A DNA stretch of 64,000 nt. Source: Bacteroidota bacterium. GTDB lineage: Bacteria; Bacteroidota; Bacteroidia; NS11-12g; UBA955. The notes under the pieces are model-generated. The model did not search any database, was not told where the DNA came from, and saw nothing but the letters and a program-made list of their open reading frames with translations. Location of the stretch: the NCBI GenBank assembly GCA_024103355.1, contig JAGFIU010000051.1, forward strand, positions 19,548 through 83,547, given 5' to 3'. The translations under genes were made by a program, and so were the position numbers. Below, in pieces: positions 26,085 through 36,317 of the stretch (position 1 is its first letter; the number at the start of each line of letters is the position of its first letter).

Positions 26085-27212
26085 TTACAAATTACCTCTT
26101 CTTTCTTGTTCTTTTTCTAATGAAACAAAGAGTGCTTTGAAATTGCCTTTACCAAAGGATTTAGCACCTTTTCTTTGAATTATTTCATAGAATAGTGTAG
26201 GTCTGTCTTGTACCGGCTTTGTAAAGATTTGAAGCAAGTAGCCTTCATCGTCTTTATCAACGAGAATCCCGAGTTTTTTGAGTGGTTCTATATCTTCATC
26301 GATTTTACCGACCCTGTCAAGCAAGTCAACATAATAAGAATCAGGGATGGAAAGAAACTCAACCCCTCTGTTTCTGAGGTCTGAAACGGTTTTTACAATA
26401 TCGTGAGTAGCAAGAGCAACGTGTTGAACCCCTTCACCATGATAGAAGTCAAGATATTCTTCAACTTGTGATTTCTTTTTGCCCTCTGCCGGTTCGTTGA
26501 TAGGAAATTTTACGTATCCGTTTCCATTGCTCATCACTTTACTCATCAAGGCTGAATATTCGGTTGAAATGTCTTTATCATCAAAAGAAAGAATGTTTTT
26601 AAAACCCATCACGGTTTCATAAAATTCAACCCATTTATTCATCTGATTCCATCCGACATTTCCTACACAATGGTCAACATACAATAATCCTGTGGGCTGT
26701 GGGTGGTATTCGCTTTCCCATTTTTCATAACCCGGCATAAAAGGCCCGTTGTAATTTTTTCTTTCAACAAAAATGTGAACAGTTTCTCCGTACGTATGAA
26801 TACCTGAGCGAACTACTTCACCATTGGCATCCTTTTCTACTTTAGGTTCCATAAAAGATTTTCCGCCTCGTTTGGTAGTTTCTTCCCAAGCTTTTCGCGC
26901 ATCATCAACCCAAAGAGCCAAAACTTTAACACCATCTCCGTGCTGTTTTATATGTTCGGCAATAGGGGAGTCCGGGTGCAATGGTGAGGTTAATACAAAA
27001 CGAATTTTGTCTTGTTTGATAACATAACTAACCTTGTCTCTAACACCGGTTTCCGGACCTGCATACGCAACTTCTTGAAAACCAAAAGCAGTTTTATAGT
27101 AATGAGCGGCTTGTTTGGCATTGCCTACATAAAATTCTACATAGTCTGTTCCATTGATTGGGAGAAAATCCGGTTCTTTTGCTCCCTGAGCGTTTAGTGG
27201 ATTTGATATCAT
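26085..27212 (-). CDS. hppD: 4-hydroxyphenylpyruvate dioxygenase
   Basis: 375 aa. Two VOC/glyoxalase-fold halves. HPPD-like motifs (DHCVGNVGW…, EFYHGEGVQHVALAT). Confidence 0.8.
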   Translation of the reverse strand: MISNPLNAQGAKEPDFLPINGTDYVEFYVGNAKQAAHYYKTAFGFQEVAYAGPETGVRDKVSYVIKQDKIRFVLTSPLHPDSPIAEHIKQHGDGVKVLALWVDDARKAWEETTKRGGKSFMEPKVEKDANGEVVRSGIHTYGETVHIFVERKNYNGPFMPGYEKWESEYHPQPTGLLYVDHCVGNVGWNQMNKWVEFYETVMGFKNILSFDDKDISTEYSALMSKVMSNGNGYVKFPINEPAEGKKKSQVEEYLDFYHGEGVQHVALATHDIVKTVSDLRNRGVEFLSIPDSYYVDLLDRVGKIDEDIEPLKKLGILVDKDDEGYLLQIFTKPVQDRPTLFYEIIQRKGAKSFGKGNFKALFVSLEKEQERRGNL

Positions 27213-27234
27213 TTTGCTGAGTATTTTGTTTCTG

Positions 27235-27242
27235 CAAACTTA
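27235..27242 (-). promoter_or_regulatory. Possible Bacteroidetes -7 box (TAAGTTTG on the minus strand) upstream of hppD
   Basis: The reverse complement of CAAACTTA lies 23 bp upstream of the hppD start codon. Confidence 0.2.
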
Positions 27243-27430
27243 TATTTTCTATTTGTTTTAGAAAAACAACTCTGAGTGAATATTGGAGTTTTTCTTCTAA
27301 AAGTTATTCGAGCGGACGAAGAGAGAAACTGTCAGTGTAGTTATATAATTTCTTTCATCAGATTGTCTAAGTAGTCGGTTTACATTTCTTGAATCTCTAA
27401 AAACTTTTGATTTTGATATACGATTAAAAT

Positions 27431-27464
27431 AAAAAAGCCCCGAATGTAGGGGCTTAGTTTTTTT
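27431..27464 (-). terminator. Bidirectional rho-independent terminator (GCCCC-7nt-GGGGC flanked by A6 / T-rich runs), immediately 3' of the tRNA
   Basis: AAAAAAGCCCCgaatgtaGGGGCttagTTTTTTT. On the minus strand it reads GCCCC…GGGGC followed by TTTTTT. Confidence 0.6.
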
Positions 27465-27539
<75 letters not shown>

Positions 27540-27574
27540 TTTGCTCAAACGAGGCGCAAAAATAGTAATATTTT

Positions 27575-28717
27575 TTATTTTTCAAGTGGCAATAATTTAT
27601 TTACTGCCTGGCGTATTTTTTCGGGTGGCAAATCATGCATACAACTTTCTCCCAACTTGCATGTACCTAAGTAGAAACATACACATTTTTTATCAGGCTG
27701 AATCAAAATTCCTCTGTCAAAAAGGTCAAACTCGTGGGGGTTGAAAATATTATTCATCAGCACAATTTTCTTTTTAAGCCCTAAGGTAAGGTGCATCCCC
27801 ATTGTTACTTGTGTTACCACTAAATCACATTGGTCAATAAGGCTAATAAATTGATTGAGAGGGAAATATCCGGGATATTTTGTACCTGATTTATTGCTGA
27901 TTTCCAAATTTCGTTCATTCTCTTGTTCGCCTCCTAAGATGATAACTTCATATCCTTGGATTCGAAGTTCTTTTGCTAATTGTATAAACGATTCAATAGG
28001 TAATAATCGCGTTGTCCATCTCCCTCCGCAGCCGGTGTTTAGTCCAACGACTTTTTTGCTTTTGTCTATGAAGGACCAATCATAACCCTTGTCAGCATGA
28101 TTATCTAAGAGATATTCTTCATGTGCGTATTCAAGACCGCAGATATTAAAAATTTCCTCACAGTAGGATTGTGTATTTTGAAGACTGACATCATCAAAAA
28201 TGCCGGTTTCAAATTTGTGTTGAGCAAGTGAGTTAATTGGTGCCGGAACATTATCAATAAGTGTAAATCCAAATTTTTCTTTTGCATCAATCTGTTTGAG
28301 CAGTGAGCATGCTTCTTTTTCTTTGTCAAGATTGATAGCAATATCAAAACTTGCATTTTGCAGATAGACAACAGAGTTTGCGTTAAATGTGAGAATTTCG
28401 TTAATCTCGGTTTGTGGTAAAATATCAGGTGAAAGCGTCAGCCAAGTAATTTTACAGTTTGGGTATAACTGTCTATATCTTCTCACTAAAGGTGTTGTTC
28501 GAATAACATCGCCAATGGCACCCAATTTGATAATTAAAATACGTTTGTCTATGGGTTGGTAATAAATGCAGCCATCACAATGAACTCCGTATTTTTTGTG
28601 AGGTTTGCATGGGATATCTCCTCGGAAATGAAGGCAATCGGAATGGATAACAAGCAAGGTATAAAACGAATTAATGACGGCACAAATATAGAATTTATCA
28701 AATATTGAAAATATCAA
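27575..28717 (-). CDS. Glycosyltransferase family 9 (LPS heptosyltransferase-like) protein with an N-terminal Cys-rich segment
   Basis: ILIIKLGAIGDVIRTTPL is the GT9 signature. The N-terminal 60 aa contain CxxxxxxC…CxxC. Confidence 0.55.
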   Translation of the reverse strand: MIFSIFDKFYICAVINSFYTLLVIHSDCLHFRGDIPCKPHKKYGVHCDGCIYYQPIDKRILIIKLGAIGDVIRTTPLVRRYRQLYPNCKITWLTLSPDILPQTEINEILTFNANSVVYLQNASFDIAINLDKEKEACSLLKQIDAKEKFGFTLIDNVPAPINSLAQHKFETGIFDDVSLQNTQSYCEEIFNICGLEYAHEEYLLDNHADKGYDWSFIDKSKKVVGLNTGCGGRWTTRLLPIESFIQLAKELRIQGYEVIILGGEQENERNLEISNKSGTKYPGYFPLNQFISLIDQCDLVVTQVTMGMHLTLGLKKKIVLMNNIFNPHEFDLFDRGILIQPDKKCVCFYLGTCKLGESCMHDLPPEKIRQAVNKLLPLEK

Positions 28718-28758
28718 GATTGATTATTAATGAAAATGACGTAATTTGCAGTGTTTTT

Positions 28759-31700
28759 ATGGGTGCAAAAAGGCTAATTTTTTTATTGTTTTTTGTACTT
28801 TGCTTTGCAAATGAAGCATTTTCTACCCATTTGGTAGGAGGTTATGCAGGCTATGAATATTTAGGTAAGGTTGGTAACACATCCAAATATCGATATAGAA
28901 TATATTTTAATGTTTATAGGGATTGTAATAGTAAGGTTGATTTTGATCCAACAATTGAGGTTTGCGTATATAGTGGAAATGGGAAGTTTTTTGATAGATA
29001 TGTTTTGGAAAATGGAAGACCTAAAAGAGTAGATCCTATAGGGAATACATCTTGTCCTGAGAATACAAAGACATGTATTGAAGTGAGTGTTTATGAGATG
29101 GTTGTTGAGTTACCTCAAAGTAATTTTGGATATATTCTAAAATGGGAACGCTGTTGTCGAAATACCCAAAATAATTTACCAAATGGTTTTGTTGACGGTG
29201 TTTTTCAGCCAACTCAAGGACAAACATATTTATGCAAAATACCACCTACCTCAATTCCTAATAAGTCAGCTTATTTTACAGAAGTACCTGTTCCTTATAT
29301 CTGTCTTAATGACACCACGCAGATAAGAAGTTATGCGGTTGACCCGGATGGTGATTCGTTAGTATTTCGTTTTGCAAAACCATGGAGTGGTGGCGGCCCT
29401 AATGATGCAATACCCGGATGTGAATCTTTCTTTCTCAACGCAAAACCAATTACATATAATAGTGGCTTTGATGAAAGCAAACCCTTTGGTTCTGACGGAT
29501 ATTCTGATATTAACCCTTCAACAGGGACAATGAGTGTCATGGCAAGAAGTTTAGGTGCGTATGCATTGGCAATTGATGTAGAAGAATATCGCAATGGCAT
29601 TTTAATTAATACAGTTCGTTTGGATATTCAGTTACTTGTGATTAATTGTACTCCAAATAATAAGCCGAAGCTCAATAATTCTTCTTCAATTTTTGTTAGA
29701 GAAGTGAATGCCGGAGATAAAATTTGTTTTGATATAACAGCACAAGATATAGATAATCAAAATGTTAAGCTTAGTGCATATGGAGAGATGTTCATGGGTG
29801 GAGGTGCATGGGTGGGTCCTACCGCATCCTTTCCAACAAAGAAAGAAAAAACAACCGTTACTTCTACTTTCTGTTGGCAGACCTCATGCGAGCAAGCACG
29901 CCCTGCGCCTTATACTTTTGTAATAGAGGCAATTGATGATGGATGTCCTCCAAAGTTTATCAACGAAACTTATTATATTTATGTAAAACCTTTTAAAAGC
30001 AAACTTTTAGTTACAGGAGTCAACCCTGTATGTCCGAATGTTAAAGGAGTGAGATACCAAGCACTCAATGTTGCAGCCGGAAATTCAGTATATTGGGAGG
30101 TAGATAATGGGTTGATTGTGTCAGGTCAAGGTACCAATGAAATAATGGTTGATTGGGATTTTTCTAAGCCATCAGGTGTTGTTAGGGCTAAAGAGATATC
30201 GAAAAGTGGTTGTGAGGATAATGCTAAATCCTACAATGTAACATTTGACGCGATACCACCTTCTCCGGAGATTTTTTCGTATAGTTCTATCTCTCCGCTT
30301 ATTCCGGCAGATACTATTTGTGTTGGAAATCCTATCTATTTTAAACCTTCTGCAGCAACGCTCAATAATGCTCTGGACTGGACTTGGTATGATCCGGACG
30401 GGAATATTATTCATTCATTAAATCAGTTAGAGTTCACTCCGACTGATACCGGACATTTTTCTGTAAATTTTCATTATGTAACGAAAAACAATTGTCCTAG
30501 TGATACAGTTCTCAAAACAATAGTTGCAGTAAAATCTTTGGTTGACAGTATATTTGGTCCCAAAACAGCCTGCCCTAACAATGGTGGTTTAGAATTTTAT
30601 GTAAAAGGTTTCCCAGGCTCAACATATCAATGGATTGCAGATGGAGCTATCATTCAAAAGGGACAAGGAACTGATACAGTTACCTTGGCATTTGGTGACC
30701 CAACAACCATTATGCTAAAGGTAATTGAAACTACCGCTCAAGGATGTGTTGGAGATACCTTGTATCACGCTATTAAAGTTACTTACGATTTAATTATTGA
30801 GGAACCTTTGGGTGATTATTCTGTGTGTGAATATAGTAAGCGTGAAAAGTATATCCCATATCCTTTTGTTCATAATACAATATATTATTGGAGTGTTACG
30901 GGTGGTGTAATTGATGAGATTGATTCAAATTATTTCTTTTTGTATGTCAATTGGGGTGCAGCGGGAATGGGTAAACTCGCTTATTACCAAACTGCATTTG
31001 ATACTCTAAATAGTAAGCAATGCCTTAGCAATACAGTTGTTAAAGATGTTGTTATTAATCCCATACCGAAAGCTGACATAATTGAAGGTGTCTTCGAGGT
31101 ATGCCAATATACTTCTCCGATGACTTTCACATTAAATGGATTTGAAAATTCAAGATATCATTGGGAGATTAATGGCGATACATTACTCGATGGACAAGGC
31201 TCGAAAACAATAAAATTTCCTACTGATAATGCAGGGAAATTTAATATAAAGGTTTTTGAAATCAGTGAACATGGTTGTTTGGGGAGTATTATTGACAGTG
31301 TTTTTGAAATTCACCCTAAGCCCGTAACAACCCCTATTCTAGGAGAAGAAATTCTTTGTTTCCCTGATTTTTTAAATAAGAAATACTCCGTTACAGGGTT
31401 TTCCACATCGACTTACCATTGGAAAGTTGATGGAGGAAAGAGAAAAGATACACTTTATATCCCAAATGTTACTGTTGATTGGTCAGGAAAACAATATAAT
31501 TACATATCTGTATATGAACGTTCTGATTTTGGGTGTATAGGAGATACTTTAACAAAAGAAGTCTTTATTGATAGTATAGGCATTGATATCAAGGTAGTAA
31601 CTGTTAGTCCTCCTCCTGCAGGTGACAAACAAGTAATCATTAATTGGGAGTTAATTAATGCACCGAGATATAACAGTACATTTAGAATATTAAAGAAAGT

Positions 31701-32406
31701 AGTTAATCCCGAAGAAGCTTTTAAGCAGATAACCGAGGTGCCCGGAAATGTTTTTAGCTTTACAGAAGATAAGGTAAATACAAGAATATCTCCCTTTGAT
31801 TATATCATAAAAGGAACAAATCTGTGTGGTACAGAGATTTCTTCACCCATACATAGAACCATTTTGCTGAAAGGTGAAAAGTTTGAAGAATACTCTGCAC
31901 AAATTGACTTTACAGAATATCAAGGATGGCATCAGGGTGTACTAGATTATGTTGTTTATAGGAAACTCTTAAATAAAAGCCCTTTTGAAGAGTACGATTG
32001 GAAAAACTCTCCTGTAAGAATTCAGTATGAGAATGGAATTGATCATTATACACAATGCTATCGAATAAAAGCAAATGAAAACAGTGGTCGAGGTGAAGAA
32101 TCTTGGTCAAATGAGGTGTGTTTTGATTATCCTCCTTTAATGTATATACCCAATGCATTTTCTCCTGATGGGAATGGATTAAATGATGGTTTTGGACCCA
32201 CAGCAGCTACAATAAAGAGTTTTAAGATGACAGTATTTAACCGTTGGGGCGAAAAACTTTTTGTTACGGATGATTATATGCAAACATGGGATGGAACATA
32301 CTTGGGCGCTCCATGCAAACAAGATGTATATGTTTTCTTCATCGAATATACTGATTACGCTGATAGGTACTATAGTACTAAGGGAACATTTACTTTGTTA
32401 CGCTAA
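28759..32406 (+). CDS. Large secreted multi-domain (Ig/PKD-like beta-rich) protein with a gliding-motility-associated / T9SS type-B C-terminal sorting domain
   Basis: Signal peptide MGAKRLIFLLFFVLCFANEAFS (start moved to the internal Met). The C-terminus has YIPNAFSPDGNGLNDGFGP…FNRWGEKLF, the type-B CTD motif. About 1215 aa. Confidence 0.7.
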   Translation: MGAKRLIFLLFFVLCFANEAFSTHLVGGYAGYEYLGKVGNTSKYRYRIYFNVYRDCNSKVDFDPTIEVCVYSGNGKFFDRYVLENGRPKRVDPIGNTSCPENTKTCIEVSVYEMVVELPQSNFGYILKWERCCRNTQNNLPNGFVDGVFQPTQGQTYLCKIPPTSIPNKSAYFTEVPVPYICLNDTTQIRSYAVDPDGDSLVFRFAKPWSGGGPNDAIPGCESFFLNAKPITYNSGFDESKPFGSDGYSDINPSTGTMSVMARSLGAYALAIDVEEYRNGILINTVRLDIQLLVINCTPNNKPKLNNSSSIFVREVNAGDKICFDITAQDIDNQNVKLSAYGEMFMGGGAWVGPTASFPTKKEKTTVTSTFCWQTSCEQARPAPYTFVIEAIDDGCPPKFINETYYIYVKPFKSKLLVTGVNPVCPNVKGVRYQALNVAAGNSVYWEVDNGLIVSGQGTNEIMVDWDFSKPSGVVRAKEISKSGCEDNAKSYNVTFDAIPPSPEIFSYSSISPLIPADTICVGNPIYFKPSAATLNNALDWTWYDPDGNIIHSLNQLEFTPTDTGHFSVNFHYVTKNNCPSDTVLKTIVAVKSLVDSIFGPKTACPNNGGLEFYVKGFPGSTYQWIADGAIIQKGQGTDTVTLAFGDPTTIMLKVIETTAQGCVGDTLYHAIKVTYDLIIEEPLGDYSVCEYSKREKYIPYPFVHNTIYYWSVTGGVIDEIDSNYFFLYVNWGAAGMGKLAYYQTAFDTLNSKQCLSNTVVKDVVINPIPKADIIEGVFEVCQYTSPMTFTLNGFENSRYHWEINGDTLLDGQGSKTIKFPTDNAGKFNIKVFEISEHGCLGSIIDSVFEIHPKPVTTPILGEEILCFPDFLNKKYSVTGFSTSTYHWKVDGGKRKDTLYIPNVTVDWSGKQYNYISVYERSDFGCIGDTLTKEVFIDSIGIDIKVVTVSPPPAGDKQVIINWELINAPRYNSTFRILKKVVNPEEAFKQITEVPGNVFSFTEDKVNTRISPFDYIIKGTNLCGTEISSPIHRTILLKGEKFEEYSAQIDFTEYQGWHQGVLDYVVYRKLLNKSPFEEYDWKNSPVRIQYENGIDHYTQCYRIKANENSGRGEESWSNEVCFDYPPLMYIPNAFSPDGNGLNDGFGPTAATIKSFKMTVFNRWGEKLFVTDDYMQTWDGTYLGAPCKQDVYVFFIEYTDYADRYYSTKGTFTLLR

Positions 32407-32513
32407 GATATCAGTGCCCTTTCAATAAAAGGCTTTTCATTTAAGTCCATAGCATCCAACTCCCTGAAATAGAACCTCTTCATTTTTTTGAGCAGTTAAT
32501 TTATTCCATACAT

Positions 32514-33350
32514 TCAGTTCTGATGGATAGGTAACAGTTCTTCAATCTCTTTTTCAACTTTATAACGCCTACTGTAATTTAGCCCTATATCATCTAGAAT
32601 CTGTTTGTTATCTATTAAATCTTTAACTAGGATATGTTCATTCTCAAGAAGAAAGATTTTCTCATTCTTACTTAAAGTAGTAAGACATGTAATTGGATAG
32701 AGTGCCTTTTTGTCAACCAAATTTTTTATACTATTCCTATTGGGATAGTCCCAAGATAGTAATTTTATTTTATAATATTCAGAGAAAGCAATTGAGTCTG
32801 AGGTGAAATAAGAATTTGTAATCAGCCATCCATTTGTAAAGTTCCTTTCTTTTCCAAACAACAGATATTCCTTATTAGAAATGTCCTTTATTCTAGAAAG
32901 AAAATACATTGGAATCGTTACCGGAATTTTGGTTTCCATTGCATTTCTGAATTTACATTCTATCCAATATAAATCGTTGCTCCTGCATGCAATTACATCA
33001 GCCTCATGTGAGACAGAATGCCCCTGTAGGATTAAGTTGTGTTGAGTTTGGTATCCATAGCTTTCAAGAAATTTTGCCACCCATTTTTCAAAATAAAATC
33101 CGGTAGGGCCAAGGTCGCGAAGTGCTCTTTTGAGACTATATCTCGCTGCAAATGAATGAGCTAATTTTTTTAACTCTTTGAAGCTAAGTTTATAAATTTC
33201 CTTGCTGTGCATCCCATCGTAGATTTTAGGTTTTATGCGTTGTAGCACTATATCTACTTCTTCGTCTGATGCACCGGACTTGGTTAAGGATGTTCTTAAC
33301 CTTGAAATGTCAAATTCAATTAAATCTCCGGAATATTTGCGAACTTTCAT
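32514..33350 (-). CDS. ATP-cone domain protein fused to a restriction-endonuclease-like (PD-(D/E)xK, Mrr-cat type) domain
   Basis: N-terminus KVRKYSGDLIEFDISRLRTSLTKSGASDEEVDIVLQRI resembles the NrdR/RNR ATP-cone. The central region has HEADVIACRSNDLYWIECKFRN, a D…E-x-K nuclease core pattern. Confidence 0.5.
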   Translation of the reverse strand: MKVRKYSGDLIEFDISRLRTSLTKSGASDEEVDIVLQRIKPKIYDGMHSKEIYKLSFKELKKLAHSFAARYSLKRALRDLGPTGFYFEKWVAKFLESYGYQTQHNLILQGHSVSHEADVIACRSNDLYWIECKFRNAMETKIPVTIPMYFLSRIKDISNKEYLLFGKERNFTNGWLITNSYFTSDSIAFSEYYKIKLLSWDYPNRNSIKNLVDKKALYPITCLTTLSKNEKIFLLENEHILVKDLIDNKQILDDIGLNYSRRYKVEKEIEELLPIHQN

Positions 33351-33362
33351 TTTGGTAAATGA

Positions 33363-36296
33363 CTAATACCCAAATAATTCGTCAAGGTTCAATTTTACGA
33401 CTTTACCATATTTTTTTAACGCTTCATCTGTAACGGAGTTCTTGTTTGCAAGGATGGATAATGTGTAAACCCCTTGTTTTACATAAATATTCTGGAAGTT
33501 CACTACATCGGATAACGTTATGTCATTGAGCTTCCCAAAAATTATTTCGTTAGCAGTTTTTGGCAAATCGAGTAATTGAGTTGTTTTCCATGCAAAATAA
33601 ATTCCTGTTTTTGTTGTTCTGGAAGTTCGGATACTGTTTTCCAACGATGATTTTGCTTGGTCGAATGAAGTCTGATTTTGTGGAAGATTTTGAATCAAAT
33701 CATCCATACTGCTGATTGCAGAAGGCATTTTGTCGCTTTGGGTACCTACATAAGCCAGCATTTTCCCAAACTCTTTGGGATAATTAGCTTGATAATAATA
33801 AGCATAGGTTGAATAGGCTAATGCTTGTGCTTCTCTGATTTCCTGAAACACAATGGAACTCATTCCTCCTCCAAAGTATTCATTGAACATTGATACTATA
33901 GGCAATAACTCTTTATTGAAAGTGTGAGTGGGTTTTTGCCATGTAATTTCAGCTTGTACCATATCATAATTTGCAAAATATACCATTGGTTCTTTGGGAT
34001 GTAACATTGTGAATGATTTCATTTTTGGAGACTTTGCAAATTTCTTGGGTAAGTTGTGATATTTTGTTATCAATCCAAGGATTTCTTCAGAACTACCGGG
34101 TCCGTAATAAACTATATCATGTTTGGTTTTCAGAAGTTCTTTGATTGATTTAATCAGTTTATTAGATTTAATCTTTTCTATCTCTTTGTTTTTCAATATG
34201 AATCTTTGAGGATTATCTGCCCCGTATAGTGCGTAATAATTAAGAGCTGTTCTGATAGCACCCTTGTTGGATTTGTTGTTTTCTCTTGATTTTAAGAGTC
34301 TTCCTTTGAGTTCGAAAAGTGCTTCTTCATCGGGTTTCATATTTGCCAACAGATGCTCAAATAGTTCCAATGCCGGTTCAAAATTTTGTTGTAAACCGGA
34401 TAAATAAACATAAGATTGTCTGGCTCCTGCACTAACTCCAAAACTACAACCCAATGAATAAAATTTCTCACTGATTTCCGCAGGAGAATATTTGTCTGTG
34501 CCCATGTATTCAAGATAGTCCAAGGCAAGAGACAACTCTTTGTTGGAATATGTTCCTGCATCAATTACATAATAAAGAGTGAACAATTCATTGCGTTTGT
34601 TTGGAATATAAAAGAATGGCGCAATACCGTAATTACCTTGTGTCATATCTTTTTTGAAATCAGGAAATTGAGGGCTGATGGGATTGATTTTCTCTTCTGA
34701 AATATGTTTTACGAAATCAGAAGTTCTGTCTCTATTAACCGGGATTTTGGTTATTTGAGGCTTCTCAATCTTTTTGGTTTGTTCGTTTTCGCCTTGTTTT
34801 TTGTATATGATTACATAGTCGTTATTGTAGTATTTTTTTGCAAAGTCCATCAGGTCTTGTTTGGTGATTTTGCTCATTCTGTAGTTTGCGTTAAGAACGT
34901 CAATCCATTTTAAGTTTTTCACAAAAGCATCAAGGAGAGTATATGCTGTACCTTGATTGTCTTCAAAGTTTTTGATGTCATTCACTTCTTGGTTAAAGAT
35001 GATTCCTTTCATCAGGTTTTCGTCAAAATTGCCATTCTGAACTGCTTGAATTTGTTCAAGAATCAGGTTTTTGGCTTCTTCTAAAGATTGACCTTCTTTA
35101 GGCATAGCATAGAAATAATGTACAGAGTAGTCTTTTAGAAATTCAGATTCACTTCCGGCACCCAATACTTTTTGACTTTTGTTAAGATTGAGGTCAATCA
35201 AACCTGCAGTTGAATTGGAAAGCACCAAATCCATCATTCTCAAGAGGTCAGCTTCTTTGGTGCCGTCTCCGGGAAACCTATAACCCAATACTACCATTTC
35301 GGCAGTGGGTCCTGTAATGTTTATAACAGTTGGTTCATTCTTGGTCGTTTCCGGTTTGAATTCAAAACTAGGGATGGGTTTAGGTGTCATGTATGAAAAT
35401 CTATCATAAACTGCTTGGATTGTCTGGTCAAAATCCAAATCTCCTGCCATTATTACTGCCATGTTATTGGGTACATAATAGGTTTGATAATAGTTTCTGA
35501 TTGCTTCTAAAGAAGGATTTTTTAAATGTTCTATTGTTCCAATTGTTGTTTGTGTACCATAAGTATGGTTTGGGAAAAGAGCAGCAAACAAAGATTCAAA
35601 TATTTTGTTCATGTCATTATCCATCGAAATGTTCTTTTCTTCATAAACAGCTTCTAATTCTGTATGGAATATTCTCAGAATCGGATTTCTGAATCTTTCA
35701 GCTTCAATCTCTAACCATCTGTTTATTTCGTTTGAAGGAATTTGATTTACATAAACAGTTTGTTCAAAACTGGTGAAAGCATTTGTGCCGGACGCTCCAA
35801 TGATTTGCATCAATTTGTCATATTCATTGGGTATGGCATAAGCGGCTGCTATCTGTGAAGTTGAGTCAATGGCTTTGTATATGAGTTTTCTTGTTTGTTC
35901 ATCAGTAGTTTTGTTATAAACATTATAGAGAGAGTCAATTTGAGCAAGATAGATGCTCTCTGTTTTGAAATCAGAAGTTCCGTATTTGTCAGTACCTTTA
36001 AACAACAAATGTTCTAAGTAGTGGGCGAGACCTGTATTATTAGAGGGGTCATTTTTACTTCCTGCCTTGGTGGCAATCAGTGTTTGGATTGTTGGTTTTT
36101 CAGTATTTCTGGCAAGGATAACCGTTAGTCCGTTAGGTAAAGTGTAAAAACGTGCATTAGCCGGGTCATTTTCAATATAATCATATGGGAACTTTGTGTC
36201 AGCAACATGTATAAAATTTGAAAATTTTTGTTGTGCTTGAGAAGTGAGGGCAAACAAGATTGTCGCAACTCCTAATATCAATTTAGTAAGTTTCAT
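33363..36296 (-). CDS. Secreted M16-family (pitrilysin/insulinase-like) zinc peptidase, tandem M16 units
   Basis: Inverted zincin motif HYLEHLLFKG (HxxEH). Signal peptide MKLTKLILGVATILFALTSQAQQ. About 977 aa. Confidence 0.8.
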   Translation of the reverse strand: MKLTKLILGVATILFALTSQAQQKFSNFIHVADTKFPYDYIENDPANARFYTLPNGLTVILARNTEKPTIQTLIATKAGSKNDPSNNTGLAHYLEHLLFKGTDKYGTSDFKTESIYLAQIDSLYNVYNKTTDEQTRKLIYKAIDSTSQIAAAYAIPNEYDKLMQIIGASGTNAFTSFEQTVYVNQIPSNEINRWLEIEAERFRNPILRIFHTELEAVYEEKNISMDNDMNKIFESLFAALFPNHTYGTQTTIGTIEHLKNPSLEAIRNYYQTYYVPNNMAVIMAGDLDFDQTIQAVYDRFSYMTPKPIPSFEFKPETTKNEPTVINITGPTAEMVVLGYRFPGDGTKEADLLRMMDLVLSNSTAGLIDLNLNKSQKVLGAGSESEFLKDYSVHYFYAMPKEGQSLEEAKNLILEQIQAVQNGNFDENLMKGIIFNQEVNDIKNFEDNQGTAYTLLDAFVKNLKWIDVLNANYRMSKITKQDLMDFAKKYYNNDYVIIYKKQGENEQTKKIEKPQITKIPVNRDRTSDFVKHISEEKINPISPQFPDFKKDMTQGNYGIAPFFYIPNKRNELFTLYYVIDAGTYSNKELSLALDYLEYMGTDKYSPAEISEKFYSLGCSFGVSAGARQSYVYLSGLQQNFEPALELFEHLLANMKPDEEALFELKGRLLKSRENNKSNKGAIRTALNYYALYGADNPQRFILKNKEIEKIKSNKLIKSIKELLKTKHDIVYYGPGSSEEILGLITKYHNLPKKFAKSPKMKSFTMLHPKEPMVYFANYDMVQAEITWQKPTHTFNKELLPIVSMFNEYFGGGMSSIVFQEIREAQALAYSTYAYYYQANYPKEFGKMLAYVGTQSDKMPSAISSMDDLIQNLPQNQTSFDQAKSSLENSIRTSRTTKTGIYFAWKTTQLLDLPKTANEIIFGKLNDITLSDVVNFQNIYVKQGVYTLSILANKNSVTDEALKKYGKVVKLNLDELFGY

Positions 36297-36317
36297 AGAT
36301 GTGCAAAAATAAAACAA

